From positions 32,001 through 96,000 of the forward strand of contig JAPDJY010000030.1 of the NCBI GenBank assembly GCA_029258835.1: a DNA stretch of 64,000 bases, written 5' to 3'. Source of the stretch: Thermoproteota archaeon. GTDB taxonomy: Archaea; Asgardarchaeota; Jordiarchaeia; Jordiarchaeales; Freyrarchaeaceae. A program made the translations under genes and the position numbers. Positions 30,365 to 39,128 of the stretch are shown piece by piece. Position 1 is the stretch's first letter. Each line of letters opens with the position of its first letter. A model generated the notes under the pieces. It worked only from the letters and a program-made list of their open reading frames with translations. It was not told the origin of the DNA and did not search any database.

Positions 30365-31614
30365 ACAGCAGAAAACTCCTTAAGAGTTTTCTGCTTTAAA
30401 AGGACGTCTAGTAGTTTGCTCTTACTCTCCCAATACTTCCATTCAACCTTAAGGTTCGACTTAACGAAGCTAAGTGCTTCACTCAACGTTTCGAAAACGA
30501 ATGGCTTCCTCCTTAGAGCATTCCTAACGGTTTCCCTTATCACCCAAACCCCTAAGGGCATGATGTAGCCTGGCCTAACCTCACGAAAAACGATGGTTAA
30601 AGCCTGCCTTCTAACCCTAGCCAGATACTCTGCTACAGCTAATCGTGCCGCATAATATGCTCCGGCGACGTTACTTGCATACCTCTTACGGCCCCTGTGA
30701 TCCTCATAATCCCCAACGACGACAGGTGCGACATTTCTCATAAGCCAAGCCGTGCCAGGGTACCATGCCTCAAGCTGTTCAAACCCCCAGGAATGGGGCA
30801 CCATAACTATTAGGAAGTGATTGTCAAGGTATGATTCTCTGAAAACAAGTATCTTATCTATCTCTGGGTAAAGCTTGACCTTGGCTATTATTCTACGTGA
30901 AATAACGTCGTCCGTAGCGGTTATCGCCCACCTAGTTGGAACAAGCCTCCTACCTCTACCAGTTCCAAGTAAAGCTGCCGAAAGTAAACGTGAAACATAA
31001 CTTACGGGAATCCCTTCAAAGTACAGGTAAGCTATCGCCTCTTCCGCTTTAAGATCCTCATCATAAATGGCCTTGTCGACTTGCCGTGGAACCAGCGGCT
31101 CCTCGGCAATCTTAAACTCCCTTAAGGGTGCCATGGGACCCATAGGCTGCGAGTGGCTGTCAAACTCCACCTTAAAACGAGGCGTTCTCTCCAGTGAAAC
31201 CTCGACATCGACAGGCCTAGCACTCATAGCCGCCTCCCGTGCCTCTGAAAGAATCCTCCCACCACCCCGTTCTCCCTTTACGTCAACTTTAACGGAAGCC
31301 CTTATAAGAACACTCCTATACCTTAGAATCTCATCTATACTCTTACCAAACCAGTCTTCAACCTTGTCAAAGACCTCGACGTTTCTCCCAGTAATCGGTG
31401 GAACCATGGGTCCCGCCGAAACCATTGGATAACCGTAATGCCCCACGAAAAAGGATGGAGGTGATGAGCCGAAAAACTCCCGCTTTAAAGTGGCCTTTTT
31501 AACCGGCATGAAGGATGCCACTTTCACGAGGATCGGGCAACGAGGCTTACCACATAGCAACCTTGAACCCTTACATACAACACATATATCCCGTGGGAGT
31601 CGCGGTTTAACCAT
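30361..31614 (-). CDS. nreA: Nre-family DNA repair protein
   Basis: CxxCKG..LCG..C, SPPS.FVG, LVPTRWAITA.D, C-terminal PIP box QKTLKEF. Confidence 0.93.
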   Translation of the reverse strand: MVKPRLPRDICVVCKGSRLLCGKPRCPILVKVASFMPVKKATLKREFFGSSPPSFFVGHYGYPMVSAGPMVPPITGRNVEVFDKVEDWFGKSIDEILRYRSVLIRASVKVDVKGERGGGRILSEAREAAMSARPVDVEVSLERTPRFKVEFDSHSQPMGPMAPLREFKIAEEPLVPRQVDKAIYDEDLKAEEAIAYLYFEGIPVSYVSRLLSAALLGTGRGRRLVPTRWAITATDDVISRRIIAKVKLYPEIDKILVFRESYLDNHFLIVMVPHSWGFEQLEAWYPGTAWLMRNVAPVVVGDYEDHRGRKRYASNVAGAYYAARLAVAEYLARVRRQALTIVFREVRPGYIMPLGVWVIRETVRNALRRKPFVFETLSEALSFVKSNLKVEWKYWESKSKLLDVLLKQKTLKEFSAV

Positions 31615-31841
31615 GGTAATCCTACCAGAAGGCCTCTAAATTCCTCAGCACTAATTTATGAAAAAAGGAAAAACAATGCAAAAATCTTTCTCTAAATTTA
31701 GGCTGTTATACGTGCACCTTTATTCAACCTGCTGAAAGGCTGAGTATGGAAGCTGTAGGCAAAACCTAGCAAAAAACAGGAAAGATTTGTAATAAAAATT
31801 TGTAATAAAAAAGTGTTTTTGTGTTAACTCTGTTTTCCTGT

Positions 31842-32183
31842 TTATGCGAAGGCGCCTTCTACTAGGATTGCTACAGCTGCACCGATTATCGCAATGATGC
31901 CGCCAAGGACTGCTAGGAGTGCCATGCCTAAAGTACCCATTGTCGCTGCTCCAAGGATCAACTCTATGATTCCTAAGATCAACACAATAGCAGTGCTTGC
32001 CTTAAGTAGCTTCTCTGCGGCCAACACTAGACCAAAGATTAGCACTATCAGGCTGACGATTGCAAGCACCCATCCCATTGCCCCTGCTCCTCCAGTTAAA
32101 GTCGCCTGTAACGTGCTTCCTAGGAAAGGCGCTATTAGCCCTAGTATACCCCCTATGAACCCAATTATGCCACCTATCTTCAT
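31842..32183 (-). CDS. Small Gly/Ala-rich four-TM membrane protein
   Basis: Four hydrophobic helices in 113 aa; RBS present. Confidence 0.7.
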   Translation of the reverse strand: MKIGGIIGFIGGILGLIAPFLGSTLQATLTGGAGAMGWVLAIVSLIVLIFGLVLAAEKLLKASTAIVLILGIIELILGAATMGTLGMALLAVLGGIIAIIGAAVAILVEGAFA

Positions 32184-32419
32184 TTTTCATCTCTCCACTT
32201 TTCTTTTTTCAGTCAGGAGCTGGAGAGCCTACCCCTCTTTTTAAACCTTTTTATGCCTCTCATCGAGGTTTACGTTAAACGTCGAACGAACAGAGTCTTT
32301 TTTAAAAAAAGAATACGACTAAAGTACGTCTACGGGGGACAAAATAAGGTGAAATATTAAAAAACACCGTTACTTAACTTGACTGGGAGTCGAAATATTT
32401 AAGGGAGCCTTCATGAGGT

Positions 32420-33184
32420 GTGCCTAGATTGATCGATCCGCATGTTCACTCTGTTTTCAGGTCGTTCGAAGACTTCACAGCACTAGGTATTTCAGGAGTT
32501 ACAGGTATTATTTCAGTGGCGTTCTACCCTGTTACTCCATCGAGCCCTATGACGCTTATAGACCATTTTAGGCATATTCTCGAAGCTGAGCCGTCAAGAT
32601 TTAAAAGCTCATACATTTCCTTTTATCCTTCCATAGGCGTTCATCCAAGGTGCATTCCCCCAAACGTAGAAGTTGCATTCAACTACTTAGAAGAGCATGC
32701 TGGAGAGTACGTAGCTATTGGAGAGGTAGGGCTTGAAGCGGCTTCCGAGAAGGAGGTTGACGTGCTTAAAGCCCAGCTTACTATCGCTAAGAAAATGGAT
32801 GTTCCTGCAATAATTCACACCCCAAGACGGGGGAAAGAGGCGACTACGAAAAAGATCCTTAACCTACTGGATGAAGTCGGCTACTATAACGTTGTAGTAG
32901 ACCATGTAAACATTGAAAACATAGGTCTTCTTGAAAACGTTGAAGTGTACGTGGGATTGACTGTTCAGCATGGAAAGCTGGACTTAAACTCTTTACTTAG
33001 AATAGTCGAAATGTACGTGTCTCATAACCCTGAAAAATTCCTCCTTGACACCGACCTTGGAAGGGACGCCTCTGACCTATTCTCTCTTCCAAAAGCCGTC
33101 CAGCACCTGCGCGTAAACGACGTAGACCCCCAAGTAATTGACTTGTTATCCAGAGGGAACGCAGCAAGACTCTTTAAAATTTAA
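32420..33184 (+). CDS. TatD-related metal-dependent hydrolase
   Basis: DPHVH, GVHP, IGEVGL, IHTP, VDH, DTD. Confidence 0.88.
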   Translation: MPRLIDPHVHSVFRSFEDFTALGISGVTGIISVAFYPVTPSSPMTLIDHFRHILEAEPSRFKSSYISFYPSIGVHPRCIPPNVEVAFNYLEEHAGEYVAIGEVGLEAASEKEVDVLKAQLTIAKKMDVPAIIHTPRRGKEATTKKILNLLDEVGYYNVVVDHVNIENIGLLENVEVYVGLTVQHGKLDLNSLLRIVEMYVSHNPEKFLLDTDLGRDASDLFSLPKAVQHLRVNDVDPQVIDLLSRGNAARLFKI

Positions 33185-33211
33185 GAGAAAAATTATTTAT
33201 GGGGGTTAGCA

Positions 33212-34501
33212 TTGGACATCGTAAACTGCAAAATCAGGGAGTTAGGCTCCCATGTTGGCGAGCAAGTAACCGTTAAAGGCTGGATCCACTTGAAGAGACA
33301 GCACGGCAAAAAACTTGTTTTCTTAACTTTAAGGGATGGAACTGGATTTACTCAGGTGGTTGTGAGAAGCAGCGCATCCGGTTACGGTGAGCTTCTGAAC
33401 GCTTACAGGGAGGCAGCCGTACGTGTAGTTGGAACGGTGACTAGAGATGAAAGATCACCTTACGGGTACGAGATCAGGGCTGAAAGTGTGGATGTTATAT
33501 CTCCCTCAAGCCCAACTATAGAGGAAGAATATCAGCCTGACTCGTCTCCTGACGTTCTCCTCAGTAAAAGACATCTAGTTATTAGGGGCGAGAAAACCTC
33601 GGCCATCCTAAAATATACTGCGAAGCTACTAAAGTACTTCAGGGAGTTCTGTGAGGAAAGAGGGCTGGTTGAGGTGCTTCCACCACTGATAACACGTGCC
33701 GCCTGTGAAGGGGGTGCAACCCTCTTTCCCATAAAGTACTTCGACGAGGTAGCCTACTTAACTCAGTCATCCCAGCTCTACTTAGAAGCGGCGCTACCTG
33801 CTCTGGGGGACGTTTACTGCATTCAAAAATCGTTTAGGGCGGAGAAGTCTAGGACAAGGCGCCACTTAACAGAGTACACGCACGCAGAAGTGGAGCTCGC
33901 CTTCATAGACTTCGACGACCTCGTCTCCTTCACCGAGGATCTCATAGTGCATATTGTGGAGAGGACGCTGGAGGAGGACGAGCCCATCCTTAAGACGTTG
34001 AATGTGGACGACCTTAAAGCCCCCAAGAAACCATTTAAGCGCCTCACGTATAGGGAAGCGGTTAGAGAGCTGAAAAAGAGGGGTGTAGAAATCGGTGAAG
34101 GCGGCGAAATAGAAGAGGCGATGGAGAGGATGCTGGTCGACCAGCTAGGCGAACCACTCTTCCTAACCGAGTTCCCTGCAAGCCAGAAAGCATTTTATTT
34201 TAAGAGGAAGGAGGGCGAGGAGGAGATTACCCTCTCAATGGACTTGCTCGTGCCAGGTGTAGGCGAAATAATAGGCGGAGGGATGAGGGAAGACGACTAC
34301 GAGACGCTCCTTACAAGACTGAAAGAGATCAAAGCAAACCTTGACGACTACAAGTGGTACCTCGACCTAAGAAGGTATGGCTCGATCCCACACGGCGGCT
34401 TCGGGTTAGGAGTAGAACGCACGGTAGAATGGATCCTAAAGCTTCCTCATATAAGAGAAGCCTGCTTATTCCCCCGGCTAATAAACAGGCTAATTCCATA
34501 A
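33212..34501 (+). CDS. asnS: Asparagine--tRNA ligase
   Basis: OB fold (GW...LRDGTG), EGGATLF, LTQSSQLYLE, FRAEKSRTRRHL.EY, EIIGG.MR, PHGGFGLG.ER. Confidence 0.88.
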   Translation: MDIVNCKIRELGSHVGEQVTVKGWIHLKRQHGKKLVFLTLRDGTGFTQVVVRSSASGYGELLNAYREAAVRVVGTVTRDERSPYGYEIRAESVDVISPSSPTIEEEYQPDSSPDVLLSKRHLVIRGEKTSAILKYTAKLLKYFREFCEERGLVEVLPPLITRAACEGGATLFPIKYFDEVAYLTQSSQLYLEAALPALGDVYCIQKSFRAEKSRTRRHLTEYTHAEVELAFIDFDDLVSFTEDLIVHIVERTLEEDEPILKTLNVDDLKAPKKPFKRLTYREAVRELKKRGVEIGEGGEIEEAMERMLVDQLGEPLFLTEFPASQKAFYFKRKEGEEEITLSMDLLVPGVGEIIGGGMREDDYETLLTRLKEIKANLDDYKWYLDLRRYGSIPHGGFGLGVERTVEWILKLPHIREACLFPRLINRLIP

Positions 34502-34504
34502 GTT

Positions 34505-34585
34505 AAGAGGGTTACTTCTAATAGCCTCTGGGCGATCCTCTTTCAATGAGGACTCCTTCGTAGGACGGGCGAAGTCAACCCCTTT
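34505..34585. ncRNA. Putative structured RNA (four-way junction/cloverleaf)
   Basis: GGGTT-ACTTC pairs with GAAGT(C)AACCC and encloses three hairpins. Confidence 0.35.
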
Positions 34586-34675
34586 CTTTAAAGTTACAGA
34601 AATCTAAGGGTTTAAGTATCATGTTATAGCATGTTAGCGGATTTTAAGTAACATGTTCCTGTTTTCCTGTTTAGC

Positions 34676-35497
34676 TCACCTTTCCTTTACCATTTTAAAG
34701 TAGCATCCTGTTCCTTCCACATCGTCTGGAATAAGCATGAAGTCTATTTTCGCCATGGGGAAGAGGAAGGGGAACAGCAAGTAATCTGGAACCTTATACC
34801 TTCTAAGAACCTCCCTTACCTCCTCGGCGAACTCACTGAAAACCTGATTGTAATACCCGATTTTTTCAAGTTTCATCCCTGCCTCCCTAGCTAAGCGCAT
34901 TATCATCCTCCGGTTGTATCTCCTATGGTGGCCAAGCTCTACATCATCCCTAGTCATCCTACTCTCCCCCTCTCCCCTCAGGAAGAACCGCCTTCCCTCA
35001 GAGGTTGGAACGGTACCAACCAGAACCCCTTTCCTAGTTAGAACGCGTTTAGCCTCCTTAACCGTCTTTAAGTCATCTGGTATGTGCTCGAAGACATCCA
35101 ACCCTAGAATCAAGTCAAAACATTCCTCTCTGAAGGGAAGGCTTTGCCCATCGCCTAAGACGAAATCCACCGGGATCTTATTTATCCTTGCAGACTTGCA
35201 AGCCTCCCAGAAGTCCTCGTTTGGCAAGTCGAGGGCGACCATCCTCACCCCATCAGCCATTAGGGCTACACTCCACACAGCCCATCCGCAGCCCACGTCT
35301 AAAGCGGTTATCCCTGGCTTCACCTCCAAGTGCGGTAAAACCCTAGCAGCCCTCACAGCGTCAAGAAGGTAAGGGTGCCCAAGGATCCTATAAAAAACCT
35401 CCCTAAACTTAACTATCCAAGGACTAGGTCTCTCATGCCTATGATAAGACAGGTATCGCCCAATTACTGGCTTCTTAAACATAAAAACCCCCTTCAT
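34676..35497 (-). CDS. Class I SAM-dependent methyltransferase
   Basis: LDVGCG, LPF...FD, VFEHI.DD, GH.RRY. Confidence 0.9.
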   Translation of the reverse strand: MKGVFMFKKPVIGRYLSYHRHERPSPWIVKFREVFYRILGHPYLLDAVRAARVLPHLEVKPGITALDVGCGWAVWSVALMADGVRMVALDLPNEDFWEACKSARINKIPVDFVLGDGQSLPFREECFDLILGLDVFEHIPDDLKTVKEAKRVLTRKGVLVGTVPTSEGRRFFLRGEGESRMTRDDVELGHHRRYNRRMIMRLAREAGMKLEKIGYYNQVFSEFAEEVREVLRRYKVPDYLLFPFLFPMAKIDFMLIPDDVEGTGCYFKMVKER

Positions 35498-36291
35498 CTA
35501 AATCCTGCATCATCCTTCTTAGATGTTTCCCAGAGAAAATTAAAGTAACCACTAGCTATCATCGCTAAACCTATATGATCAGACCATATCCCCATGGAAA
35601 ACCTAAATCCTCCCTCAGCTTGGTCTAGAAGGACGATCATCGCTTCCCTTCCATCGACTATGACTCCTCCACCATACATGATATCCCTAGCGGTGACGTT
35701 CTCCTTTCCCACCATCCTAGAAAGCCTCTCTAATACCTTTTCATCCAGAACACTAGCCATAATTTTCACGGTGACGTTGCCTGAACGCAGCCTTCTAAGA
35801 ATCTCCTCAACAGGCTCGATAACACCCTCAACAACGACGGGCAAAGCTATGAGAACTTCCCTTCTAGCCTTTTCAATCATCTCCTTAAACTTAGACAAAA
35901 TATTCTGCTCTCCATGAATTATCCAAATATTCGGCTGCTCAGCCCCCTCCGTCCTTTCATAAATCGGTTGCAAGATCTCTACAATTTTCCTCTCGTTCTC
36001 CTCGATATCCCTCTGAAACCTGAGCTTAACCACATGCATAGCCTCCCTTGGAGGCATAGCAGCGTAAAGTTTCGGCCTACCGCCATGAACCTGAATCCAG
36101 CCTTTCTCTTCGAGCCGCTCCAAAACATCATAGATCCTAGAGTATGGAACCCCGCTTCTTCTGCTTACCTCCCTAGCAGTTAGAGCTCCCCCCTCCACCA
36201 AGGTAAGGTAAACCTCAGCCTCATAACCCGTCAAACCCACCCTTTCAAGTGCCCGCCTAACATCACCCCCCCTATGAAGCATAGCGATCAA
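35494..36291 (-). CDS. TrmB-family transcriptional regulator
   Basis: GLT.YEA.VY.TL, VP..RIYDVL..L..KG, PK.Y, IVDG. Confidence 0.93.
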   Translation of the reverse strand: MIAMLHRGGDVRRALERVGLTGYEAEVYLTLVEGGALTAREVSRRSGVPYSRIYDVLERLEEKGWIQVHGGRPKLYAAMPPREAMHVVKLRFQRDIEENERKIVEILQPIYERTEGAEQPNIWIIHGEQNILSKFKEMIEKARREVLIALPVVVEGVIEPVEEILRRLRSGNVTVKIMASVLDEKVLERLSRMVGKENVTARDIMYGGGVIVDGREAMIVLLDQAEGGFRFSMGIWSDHIGLAMIASGYFNFLWETSKKDDAGFR

Positions 36292-36621
36292 ACCTCCCCG
36301 TAGAATTTCCTTCCATCTGCCAAGGCATCTACACGTTCCTATACTCCTCTCCTAAATTTTTCCTATTATCTTTTTGTTCCTTTAGTTAAAGCATTGCTTT
36401 AGAAGTATCCCGTATTTTTCAGTTTTAATCGTTGCAAATTATACCTTCTTCTCATTAATTTCATAATTATTTAGTAAATTTTTGCAATTAACTTTAAAGA
36501 TATCTCCCTTCCCTCCCAATTTTTCTTGGTTTTTAAATGTAAAAGGAAAAATTTATATCCCCCTACGCCTTCATCCTTCCCCTGAAGGAATATACCCCCA
36601 GGGTTGCAGGTTGGGGGATCC

Positions 36622-37134
36622 GTGATACTAGACGTCTATGTAATGGATAAGAGTGGGATCTGCCTATGCCGACGGACATATAAAAAAATTGGTGATATAG
36701 AAGGTATGGACAGTCTTCTTCTCACAGGCTTCATGAGTGCGGTTATGTCCTTCACCGAAAATTTGGCAAGCGCAAAACTCGAAGTGATACGAACCGACAA
36801 ATATGTTCTTCTTTGCAACTTAAGCGATCCGCTTGCAACAATAATTTTAGCAGACAAGGAAGACGAAGATATCCTGAAGGAGGTGGCAGAAGAGATACTA
36901 AAGCGATTCAAAGAGAAATATCGTAATAAGCTAGAAAACTGGGATAAGAATGTTGACCACTTCCAGCAATTCTGCAAAGAAATAGATCAAATAGTCCAGT
37001 CTAAAGCTAAATACCCCGAAAAAGTAAGAGAGCTAATATTAAGCGGGAAATTAAATGCAAAAGAAGCCGCAGACCTCATCCTCGCAGAAATCAATCAAAT
37101 GGTTAAAGAAATAATGAAAAAAGATAAGGTGTAG
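36622..37134 (+). CDS. Longin-domain protein
   Basis: VYVMDKSGICL, LLTGFMSA..SF, F...Y...L..W....F..F pattern; GTG start inferred. Confidence 0.8.
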   Translation: MILDVYVMDKSGICLCRRTYKKIGDIEGMDSLLLTGFMSAVMSFTENLASAKLEVIRTDKYVLLCNLSDPLATIILADKEDEDILKEVAEEILKRFKEKYRNKLENWDKNVDHFQQFCKEIDQIVQSKAKYPEKVRELILSGKLNAKEAADLILAEINQMVKEIMKKDKV

Positions 37135-37138
37135 ACGT

Positions 37139-37432
37139 TCATAGCGACTTCACGTCACAACCAGCTTCTTTCAAGATCTCCTTCCTAATACTTGGAAACT
37201 CTTCCCTTATAATACGAATTATCCTTTCAACGTGCTTCCTTTCACCTGGCCGAAGAAGAATAAACATGTAACCCCACTCGGGGAACAACGTTGCCACACA
37301 GATAAACCTATCATCATACCTAACATAATACTCGTAGTAATGTCTCCTAATTTTGTACCCTTCCCTTTCAAGTTTTAGCATGATCCTATTAAGCTTATTA
37401 GCAAGAATCAACATCCACATCCATCCCCTCAA
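37139..37432 (-). CDS. Hypothetical protein
   Basis: 97-aa ORF co-oriented with V4R and Roadblock genes. Confidence 0.55.
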   Translation of the reverse strand: MRGWMWMLILANKLNRIMLKLEREGYKIRRHYYEYYVRYDDRFICVATLFPEWGYMFILLRPGERKHVERIIRIIREEFPSIRKEILKEAGCDVKSL

Positions 37433-37458
37433 AAAATAAGAATGTAGGTTGGAAAACT

Positions 37459-37953
37459 TTATTTATCGACGAGCTTACTTTGCTTCTTTATCTTGAAACT
37501 GCATCGGTCAGCCCCTTCGCTCTTCAAGCTTTCAGCTTCCACTTTAACTTCTTCTCCGAAAGCCCTGCGTGCTGCCTCCTCTATTAAACCATGAGTGTAC
37601 GTACAGTAAAACTTGGTTGTAATGTCTAAGTCCAACTTTTCAAAAGGACACGCAGTAAATGTTATTCTTGCCTCCTCCTCGTTTCCCTCGTAAGAAACAC
37701 ATCTGTCACCGACGACAGGAGCGATAACGTCTTTGGCTACAAGCTCGGCGAACTTTTCAGGGTTCCAAGATGCTACATTGTACTTCTCCCTCAATCTCTT
37801 CTCAACACGCTCACCTACAGTTTCTCCAACTAGCCTAAACACAGCCCTTATAGTGTCTCTACCAGCTACGGCATCAAGTCGATTCATCAGCAAGACAAAC
37901 ACGCGAGTGATAAACCTGTGCAACCTTTCTAAGTTCTCGGACAAACCGTCCAC
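37459..37953 (-). CDS. V4R (TRAPP/Bet3-related fold) domain protein
   Basis: G...G helix, CPF, CTYTHGLI, G..RC.F. Confidence 0.75.
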   Translation of the reverse strand: MDGLSENLERLHRFITRVFVLLMNRLDAVAGRDTIRAVFRLVGETVGERVEKRLREKYNVASWNPEKFAELVAKDVIAPVVGDRCVSYEGNEEEARITFTACPFEKLDLDITTKFYCTYTHGLIEEAARRAFGEEVKVEAESLKSEGADRCSFKIKKQSKLVDK

Positions 37954-37961
37954 CTCCCAAA

Positions 37962-38351
37962 CTAGTAAAGAACTTTTTTGACCTCCTCTACCGTTTTAAG
38001 CATCTCCCAGAATACAAGTCCTAAATTCGCGTCGTGCCTCACCAAGACTGTTAGAAGATGCGCATCACCTATACTCATAATAACAGTCTGCCCATCCTTG
38101 CCTGTTATGAGAACCCGTTGAAGCTCACCCTGCCCCAGCTCAGCTACAGTCCTTTTGCCAATTCCCAGAGCCGCTACGGACATTGCTGCTACGAGCCTAG
38201 GATCAGCAATGTCTGAAGGGAGAACAGAGGCGACAAGCATACCCTCATTAGTCACAACAGTACTACCCAAAACGTCAGGAACCCTTCTCTCCAAGTCCTT
38301 CAAAACATCAACAAGTTTCCTCTTAACATCCTTCTCTACCATCCTAATCAC
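37962..38351 (-). CDS. Roadblock/LC7 (MglB-like) protein
   Basis: VV..EG.LVAS, VAAMS.A....G, G..G, ANLGL. Confidence 0.93.
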   Translation of the reverse strand: MIRMVEKDVKRKLVDVLKDLERRVPDVLGSTVVTNEGMLVASVLPSDIADPRLVAAMSVAALGIGKRTVAELGQGELQRVLITGKDGQTVIMSIGDAHLLTVLVRHDANLGLVFWEMLKTVEEVKKVLY

Positions 38352-38501
38352 CCTTCAAACTTTAGGTGAAAAATTAGAAATTAACATGGCACCTTCGCTT
38401 GCAACCAAAAAATAAAATTTATGATCAAAATACTCACAAACATAAAACTGGCAAAACTATATGTCGTATTCTTCAAAGTAGGAACGAATTGAAGAAATAG
38501 T

Positions 38502-38616
38502 TGGTGGGCCCGGCGAGATTTGAATTCACGCTTTCTATAGCCTCGCGACCTTCCGGTTATCAGCTTCGCCCCACATTTCGTGGTCGGACGCTCTAACCAG
38601 GCTGAGCCACGGGCCC
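38502..38616 (-). tRNA. tRNA-Ile(GAU) with two introns (38565-38584 at 30/31; 38525-38541 at 53/54), CCA encoded
   Basis: GGGCCCG acceptor stem, D arm, TCCGG-CTGATAA-CCGGA anticodon arm and GCGAG-TTCAAAT-CTCGC T arm after removing two BHB-bounded inserts. Confidence 0.93.
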
Positions 38617-39128
38617 ACATCCTCCGTTTAAACCATTTTTAATACGTCTTTTTTATGGTTTTCGGATCAAAACCAACCCAAAGAAAATGGAGGTGCATTC
38701 CTCACGTATAAAATGGATTAGGTCAAGTGGACCCGTGCGCCTAGGAAAAACCCGAGTTTCTAACGGTCTGCTTCGTGGGCACTCTTCCCCCTCAGCTGTG
38801 CTAAGGCCAAAACTTAGACCGTCAATGCCAAGTGAATGCCACTTAAATTTTCCTTTGTCCATCCCCCGAGTTCCCGTCCGGGCTTCCACCATTTACGGAA
38901 GACCACCCATCCAATTAACCAGCCTGTCATATGACATGCACCGAGCCCTCTGTTATCAAGCAGGAGGAAAACTTATGTAGTATAAGTAGGTGGGCTCTCA
39001 CCCTTCAAGAGAACGAAAAGGAAACACCCGTGTTGTAATAGGAGGGCGTGAAGGATAAATTTTATAACGCTATATACTTCGTAAGTTTGTTGTCCTAGAA
39101 CGGGTTAAAAGAAAAATGGAGGGTTTTT

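Noticed and set aside
31773-31843. Tandem ATTTGTAATAAAA x2 inside an AAACAGGAAA/TTTCCTGTTT inverted repeat
   Set aside because: Only two units, at a gene 3' end; most simply a terminator region, not CRISPR
34505-34585. Calling the cloverleaf a bona fide tRNA-Sec
   Set aside because: Lacks a T-arm TTCRA loop, a long D stem and a GCCA end; kept only as a putative structured RNA
38653-39050. Short ORFs and possible RNase P or SRP RNA upstream of tRNA-Ile
   Set aside because: No recognisable protein motifs and no conserved RNase P or SRP signatures found
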